64,000 bases of DNA, from the NCBI GenBank assembly GCA_040954595.2, contig CM082588.2:10958844-11022843 (forward strand), read 5' to 3'. The notes under the pieces are model-generated. The model saw only the letters and a list, made by a program, of their open reading frames with translations. It ran no database searches and had not been told where the DNA came from. The position numbers were made by a program, and so were the translations under genes. This DNA comes from Balanoglossus misakiensis. Taxonomy: Eukaryota; Animalia; Hemichordata. This document shows positions 57,384 to 64,000 of this stretch, in pieces (positions within the stretch are counted from its first letter, which is position 1; each line of letters opens with the position of its first letter).

Positions 57384-60181
57384 TTAAAGTGTGTGATGAG
57401 TCGTTTTGAAAACAAAGTATAACACAGGGTGTTCACTGTCATGTTTTCATAAAAATCACTGACTCAAGTTGAAATTCTCTCCATAGCGTTATGATGGGGC
57501 ACTTTGTGCTGGTTGCTACATTCCACATGGGTGTCTAATTGGGACATTACACACTGAATGTTAAACCAGACACTGGTAACTTGAAAATATGCAGGATTGT
57601 GAGGGTTACTGCTACATGTCCCTTTAAACCATTTTCCTAGTATTAACACACTTGTAATGTTATCTGTTCATCTTATCCAAACAGCTCGCGAGTGTCCACC
57701 ACCGAATGTAGACAACTACTTATCATATGAAATTGTTAATGGTGATTCATTGATTTTTGGAACAACCATTGCCTACTCATGTCCATCTGGCTACAGTCTG
57801 ACTGGCTACACTGTCTCTACATGTGGTGAAGATGGATCATGGATTGGAGATCCAGGATACTGTCAACGTAAGTCATTTAAGGATGTACATTCAGTAAAAT
57901 TGAAAATATGGTCATTTCTTTTAATTGTTAATTTTTGGATTATCCTATGTATGTATAATGAAAATTTGTGATAAAATATAGGGGTCACCACGCTTGTTTT
58001 TGAAATACAGAGTCATGAATTTAGTCGATAATTGAAAAAAAGGAGTCAATGGTATCTGGACTTTTATAGTGGGAACTTGGGGTGAAAATGTTAAAGTTGT
58101 GACAGAATACAGATACCCAATATATATACCACAATCAAGTCTGCATCCACATAGTGTTTTATTTTTTTTACTTGCAGGATTGAACTGCAGTGATATACTC
58201 ATAACAGACCCACATCTACAAGCTGTCCCTGATAGTGGACCATATTATATGGGCAGTAACATCACATTCTATTGTAATGCTGGCTATGAATTAAATGGTG
58301 CTGATTACCTGACTTGTCAATCCGATTTACAGTGGAATAGTGCAATACCATCATGCATTGGTAAGTTCACATCAAGATTGGTCTTCATGTGGTTGTCTGC
58401 TTATGAGGTACCGTAATCGATCACTCCAGTAATTTGACTATTTATCATAAATGTCACCTAAACTACATGCTGATAGGACATACAGTTCATGCCATGCAAA
58501 TCTATGGCTGTCAGAAATTTCATGATTTTCGTAATTTTATTTTTCATTGATTACTGTAAAACAGGAAATTTTCGCGACAAAGAAATTTTTTGCGATATCA
58601 AAAGCAGAAACTGTTATGAGACGATTAATTTTCATGTTCTCGTATTTCACTACATTGTTATCACTGAAAATTTTTTACGCAAAAATGTCTTTTTTTTTTG
58701 GCTCTTGCATAGTTCGCGAAAATTTGTTTGTGAAAATTTCCTGTTGGTCTGGTGGTTCCCAGCTAAACTTGTTGGTCTGAATTTACCAGCGGACCTGTGG
58801 GATTTTGATCATATCTTGATAAATAACATTTCAGATATCAATGAATGTAGTACATTGGTGGCACGGTGTGGAATCAATCAAGTCTGTGAAAATAGAGATG
58901 GTGACTATCAGTGTGCATGTTTGGTGGGATTTGAACCAGATGTGAATAGAACAGCATGCAAAGGTGAGACATAATCAAGTCACTTGCAACATAACTTCAA
59001 GTCACTATTTTCACATTTAACACATTCCGAACTTATTTCAGAATTCCGGATAAATTTTTGGAATGACCTTTTAATCTCAGGTGTCTTTTTCTCATAGGAT
59101 TACATTGATAATTGCTAGAAAACAAACTTCTACTATTGTCATTTTCACGAAATTTTACACATAGCTCAGTCTAGTAAATATAAATTCATTGGTCAAATAA
59201 AATTGTGTGATTACAATGCTCTATTTTGAGATAAATTTCTTTAAGGTTTTTGTCCATAGACAAACCATTGGTGAACCATGCTGAGTCAGCAGGTTTCTTC
59301 TATTATCAACTAAATTAATGGCCTTGTATTTCAAAAGCAAGCAAGGTGACGCCTTTATTTTATCACAGATTCATCTTGTACGTACACAAGATAATCCCAA
59401 AATTCACGATTAAAAGAAATGACAATACTTTCAATTTTACTGAACGTACATTGTTTTAATCCAATCCATGTTCCTTCTTTGTAGATATAAATGAATGTGC
59501 TTCACATTCTTGTGATCAACTTTGTAAAAACACTGCAGGTGGTTTTCAATGTTCCTGTGAAGAAGGCTATCTCTTATATGCAAATAACGGCACAGGTGGA
59601 TTCTATCTGCCACCTGGAGAAACTGGTCTCTCAATGTATGATGTCTACACTTTTAACCAATCATGTGTTCGTAAGTATCATGTTAAACTATAGAGTTAAA
59701 GGTATATGATCACCCATGGAAAATTAGCTATATATAGTTACCATGGAAAATTGAAATCTAGCCAATCACAGATTTTCATTTGGTGGCACACGTGGAAAAC
59801 AGGCGCCACCATATGTTCTTTAGAATGCTCAAATACGCCATTCAGCCATATATGGGAATGTGTATTGAAGGTGACTGTATACTTTTAACCAAGATTTGTC
59901 ATATTATTGACCTTTATACCGCAATGAATTTGCAGCAACAAAAAGTGGACAAAAAGCTGAATTTCATAATTGGATTTCATAATTTTGCCGTAATTCAATA
60001 ATGAAATGTGGAGAAAGTCAGCAGACCAACTTTGCACTGTTATTATTTATTTTGGATTTGTTTCCCTCCTGCTAACAAAAGTGTCCTCTCACCTCATGGC
60101 ATGAAGATGCATTGAATTCTGAGAAAAAGGGGATTAATACTTGAGTGTATTTACAAAGACAAACAAGCTCACTGGTAGCAT

Positions 60182-60296
60182 TTAAAGGGGAAGTCCGGTT
60201 CAGCTACATAATTGGGTAGCTTTGAGGTCATTCTTTCAGAAAAAAACATTGTGTAGAAATTATGCATAAATCAGCTGGACAGGACTTCCCTTTTAA
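60182..60296. mobile_element. Short TTAA-flanked MITE remnant (related copy starts at ~56557)
   Basis: TTAAAGGGGAAGTCC...GGACTTCCCTTTTAA. Shares GTAGCTTTGAGGTCA.TCTTTCAG with 56557-56635. Confidence 0.6.
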
Positions 60297-60524
60297 TATT
60301 TCCAAGCAAGGCAATTGGTTTACTGCAACAATTACTTTGAAAACACAGTGTAAAACAACAATCATGATATGAATGTTACTTTAATAGATAGTCATACTTA
60401 TATAAGCATGACTGTCTATGTTGGTCTGTAAGTTGTATTTGAAAGAAAAGTTTCATGTACGAATAGTACAAAGATTGACATTTAGTCCACAAATCCCTGA
60501 AATGAGACAGCCACGACCTACCAT

Positions 60525-63500
60525 TAACATTAACCAGAGCACACAGTAACCAGGCCAGAGTGGCCAGTATCGTGCCCATTAATTTTGAGTGTTTGATGGG
60601 GGTCAACCTTTGCGTCAACATTAACCAGAGCACACAGTAACCAGGCCGTAGTGGACAGTGTTCTGCCCATTAATTTTGAGTGTTTGGTGGGGTCAACCTT
60701 TGCGTCAACATTAACCAGAGCACACAGTAACCAGGCCATAGTGGACAGTGTGCTGCCCATTAATTTTGAGTGTTTGGTGGGGTCAACCTTTGCGTCAACA
60801 TTAACCAGAGCACACAGTAACCAGGCCGTAGTGGACAGTGTTCTGCCCATTAATTTTGAGTGTTTGGTGGGGTCAACCTTTGCGTCAACATTAACCAGAG
60901 CACACAGTAACCAGGCCGTAGTGGACAGTGTTCTGCCCATTAATTTTGAGTGTTTGGTGGGGTCAACCTTTGCGTCAACATTAACCAGAGCACACAGTAA
61001 CCAGGCCGTAGTGGACAGTGTTCTGCCCATTAATTTTGAGTGTTTGGTGGGGTCAACCTTTGCGTCAACATTAACTAGGCCAGAGTGGCCAGTATCGTGC
61101 CCATTAATTTTGAGTGTTTGGTGGGGTCAACCTTTGCGTCAACATTAACTAGGCCAGAGTGGCCAGTATCGTGCCCATTAATTTTGAGTGTTTGGTGGGG
61201 TCAACCTTTGCGTCAACATTAACTAGGCCAGAGTGGCCAGTATCGTGCCCATTAATTTTGAGTGTTTGGTGGGGTCAACCTTTGCGTCAACATTAACTAG
61301 GCCAGAGTGGCCAGTATCGTGCCCATTAATTTTGAGTGTTTGGTGGGGGTCAACCTTTGCGTCAACATTAACCAGAGCACACAGTAACCAGGCCGTAGTG
61401 GACAGTGTTCTGCCCATTAATTTTGAGTGTTTGGTGGGGTCAACCTTTGCGTCACCATTAACCAGAGCACACAGTAACCAGGCCATAGTGGACAGTGTGC
61501 TGCCCATTAATTTTGAGTGTTTGGTGGGGTCAACCTTTGCGTCAACATTAACCAGAGCACACAGTAACCAGGCCATAGTGGACAGTGTTCTGCCCATTAA
61601 TTTTGAGTGTTTGGTGGGGTCAACCTTTGCGTCAACATTAACCAGAGCACACAGTAACCAGGCCGTAGTGGACAGTGTTCTGCCCATTAATTTTGAGTGT
61701 TTGGTGGGGTCAACCTTTGCGTCAACATTAACCAGAGCACACAGTAACCAGGCCGTAGTGGACAGTGTTCTGCCCATTAATTTTGAGTGTTTGGTGGGGT
61801 CAACCTTTGCGTCAACATTAACCAGAGCACACAGTAACCAGGCCTTAGTGGACAGTGTTCTGCCCATTAATTTTGAGTGTTTGGTGGGGTCAACCTTTGC
61901 GTCAACATTAACCAGAGCACACAGTAACCAGGCCGTAGTGGACAGTGTTCTGCCCATTAATTTTGAGTGTTTGGTGGGGTCAACCTTTGCGTCAACATTA
62001 ACCAGAGCACACAGTAACCAGGCCATAGTGGACAGTGTGCTGCCCATTAATTTTGAGTGTTTGGTGGGGTCAACCTTTGCGTCAACATTAACCAGAGCAC
62101 ACAGTAACCAGGCCGTAGTGGACAGTGTTCTGCCCATTAATTTTGAGTGTTTGGTGGGGTCAACCTTTGCGTCAACATTAACCAGAGCACACAGTAACCA
62201 GGCCATAGTGGACAGTGTTCTGCCCATTAATTTTGAGTGTTTGGTGGGGTCAACCTTTGCGTCAACATTAACCAGAGCACACAGTAACCAGGCCGTAGTG
62301 GACAGTGTTCTGCCCATTAATTTTGAGTGTTTGGTGGGGTCAACCTTTGCGTCAACATTAACCAGAGCACACAGTAACCAGGCCAGAGTGGCCAGTATCG
62401 TGCCCATTAATTTTGAGTGTTTGATGGGGGTCAACCTTTGCGTCAACATTAACCAGAGCACACAGTAACCAGGCCGTAGTGGACAGTGTTCTGCCCATTA
62501 ATTTTGAGTGTTTGGTGGGGTCAACCTTTGCGTCAACATTAACCAGAGCACACAGTAACCAGGCCATAGTGGACAGTGTGCTGCCCATTAATTTTGAGTG
62601 TTTGGTGGGGTCAACCTTTGCGTCAACATTAACCAGAGCACACAGTAACCAGGCCGTAGTGGACAGTGTTCTGCCCATTAATTTTGAGTGTTTGGTGGGG
62701 TCAACCTTTGCGTCAACATTAACCAGAGCACACAGTAACCAGGCCGTAGTGGACAGTGTTCTGCCCATTAATTTTGAGTGTTTGGTGGGGTCAACCTTTG
62801 CGTCAACATTAACCAGAGCACACAGTAACCAGGCCGTAGTGGACAGTGTTCTGCCCATTAATTTTGAGTGTTTGGTGGGGTCAACCTTTGCGTCAACATT
62901 AACCAGAGCACACAGTAACCAGGCCATAGTGGACAGTGTGCTGCCCATTAATTTTGAGTGTTTGGTGGGGTCAACCTTTGCGTCAACATTAACCAGAGCA
63001 CACAGTAACCAGGCCGTAGTGGACAGTGTTCTGCCCATTAATTTTGAGTGTTTGGTGGGGTCAACCTTTGCGTCAACATTAACCAGAGCACACAGTAACC
63101 AGGCCATAGTGGACAGTGTTCTGCCCATTAATTTTGAGTGTTTGGTGGGGTCAACCTTTGCGTCAACATTAACCAGAGCACACAGTAACCAGGCCGTAGT
63201 GGACAGTGTTCTGCCCATTAATTTTGAGTGTTTGGTGGGGTCAACCTTTGCGTCAACATTAACCAGAGCACACAGTAACCAGGCCAGAGTGGCCAGTATC
63301 GTGCCCATTAATTTTGAGTGTTTGATGGGGGTCAACCTTTGCGTCAACATTAACCAGAGCACACAGTAACCAGGCCGTAGTGGACAGTGTTCTGCCCATT
63401 AATTTTGAGTGTTTGGTGGGGTCAACCTTTGCGTCAACATTAACCAGAGCACACAGTAACCAGGCCATAGTGGACAGTGTGCTGCCCATTAATTTTGAGT

Positions 63501-64000
63501 GTTTGGTGGGGTCAACCTTTGCGTCAACATTAACCAGAGCACACAGTAACCAGGCCGTAGTGGACAGTGTTCTGCCCATTAATTTTGAGTGTTTGGTGGG
63601 GTCAACCTTTGCGTCAACATTAACCAGAGCACACAGTAACCAGGCCGTAGTGGACAGTGTTCTGCCCATTAATTTTGAGTGTTTGGTGGGGTCAACCTTT
63701 GCGTCAACATTAACCAGAGCACACAGTAACCAGGCCGTAGTGGACAGTGTTCTGCCCATTAATTTTGAGTGTTTGGTGGGGTCAACCTTTGCGTCAACAT
63801 TAACTAGGCCAGAGTGGCCAGTATCGTGCCCATTAATTTTGAGTGTTTGGTGGGGTCAACCTTTGCGTCAACATTAACTAGGCCAGAGTGGCCAGTATCG
63901 TGCCCATTAATTTTGAGTGTTTGGTGGGGTCAACCTTTGCGTCAACATTAACTAGGCCAGAGTGGCCAGTATCGTGCCCATTAATTTTGAGTGTTTGGTG
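60525..64000. repeat. 90-bp tandem satellite with 76-bp variant units (open at window end)
   Basis: TTAACCAGAGCACACAGTAACCAGGCCGTAGTGGACAGTGTTCTGCCCATTAATTTTGAGTGTTTGGTGGGGTCAACCTTTGCGTCAACA is repeated nearly perfectly. Shorter TTAACTAGGCCAGAGTGGCC units cluster at ~61071-61370 and ~63800-64000. Confidence 0.98.

Larger units (their letters stand above)
51520..59670 (+). pseudogene. uif: Uninflatable-like CUB/Sushi/EGF multidomain gene, internal exons: 51520-51721, 52015-52166, 52927-53128, 54698-54882, 55536-55719, 56456-56509, 56801-56980, 57685-57867, 58178-58360, 58835-58963, 59485-59670; apparently disrupted
   Basis: Phase-compatible exons encode three CUB domains, Sushi/CCP repeats and two Ca-binding EGF repeats (DINEC). 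The last exon (CSCEEGYLLYANNGTGGFYLPPGETGLSMYDVYTFNQSCV) resembles, from memory, the insert-bearing EGF of Drosophila Uninflatable. There is an in-frame TGA at 52122-52124 and CG instead of AG at the 52925-52926 acceptor. The symbol is tentative. Confidence 0.75.

Noticed and set aside
60376-63877. Long ORFs on both strands (up to 412 aa) with 30-aa repeats
   Set aside because: Artefact of a stop-free 90-bp monomer; the frames break at variant units and have no domain features.
60525-64000. CRISPR-like appearance of regular repeats (also the 78-bp array)
   Set aside because: No unique spacers, no cas genes, and the context is eukaryotic with introns.

Overview
Eukaryotic (bilaterian invertebrate-like) genomic DNA with spliceosomal introns. 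The first ~51 kb is a 78-bp AT-rich satellite array that has received three insertions. (i) A 1-kb non-autonomous Helentron-type element (HINE) at 4218-5235. (ii) A head-to-tail trimer of a Ngaro-type tyrosine-recombinase retrotransposon (7058-23698) arranged A-ORFs-B x3 then A-spacer-B, with in-phase splice sites that would fuse the Gag N-terminus to the recombinase. (iii) A ~24-kb minus-strand Helentron (26403-50433) sharing both termini and target position with (i). It encodes a herpes-tegument-like protease/Rep/PIF1 helicase/AP-endonuclease polyprotein, split by a 7.5-kb nest of two other HINE families, plus a separate 4-exon RPA70-like OB-fold gene missed by the ORF track. From 51.5 kb there are 11 exons of a CUB/Sushi/EGF (uninflatable-like) host gene with apparent inactivating lesions and MITE-rich introns, followed by a 90-bp satellite running off the window. 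Domain calls are by motif recognition only; no database search was run.
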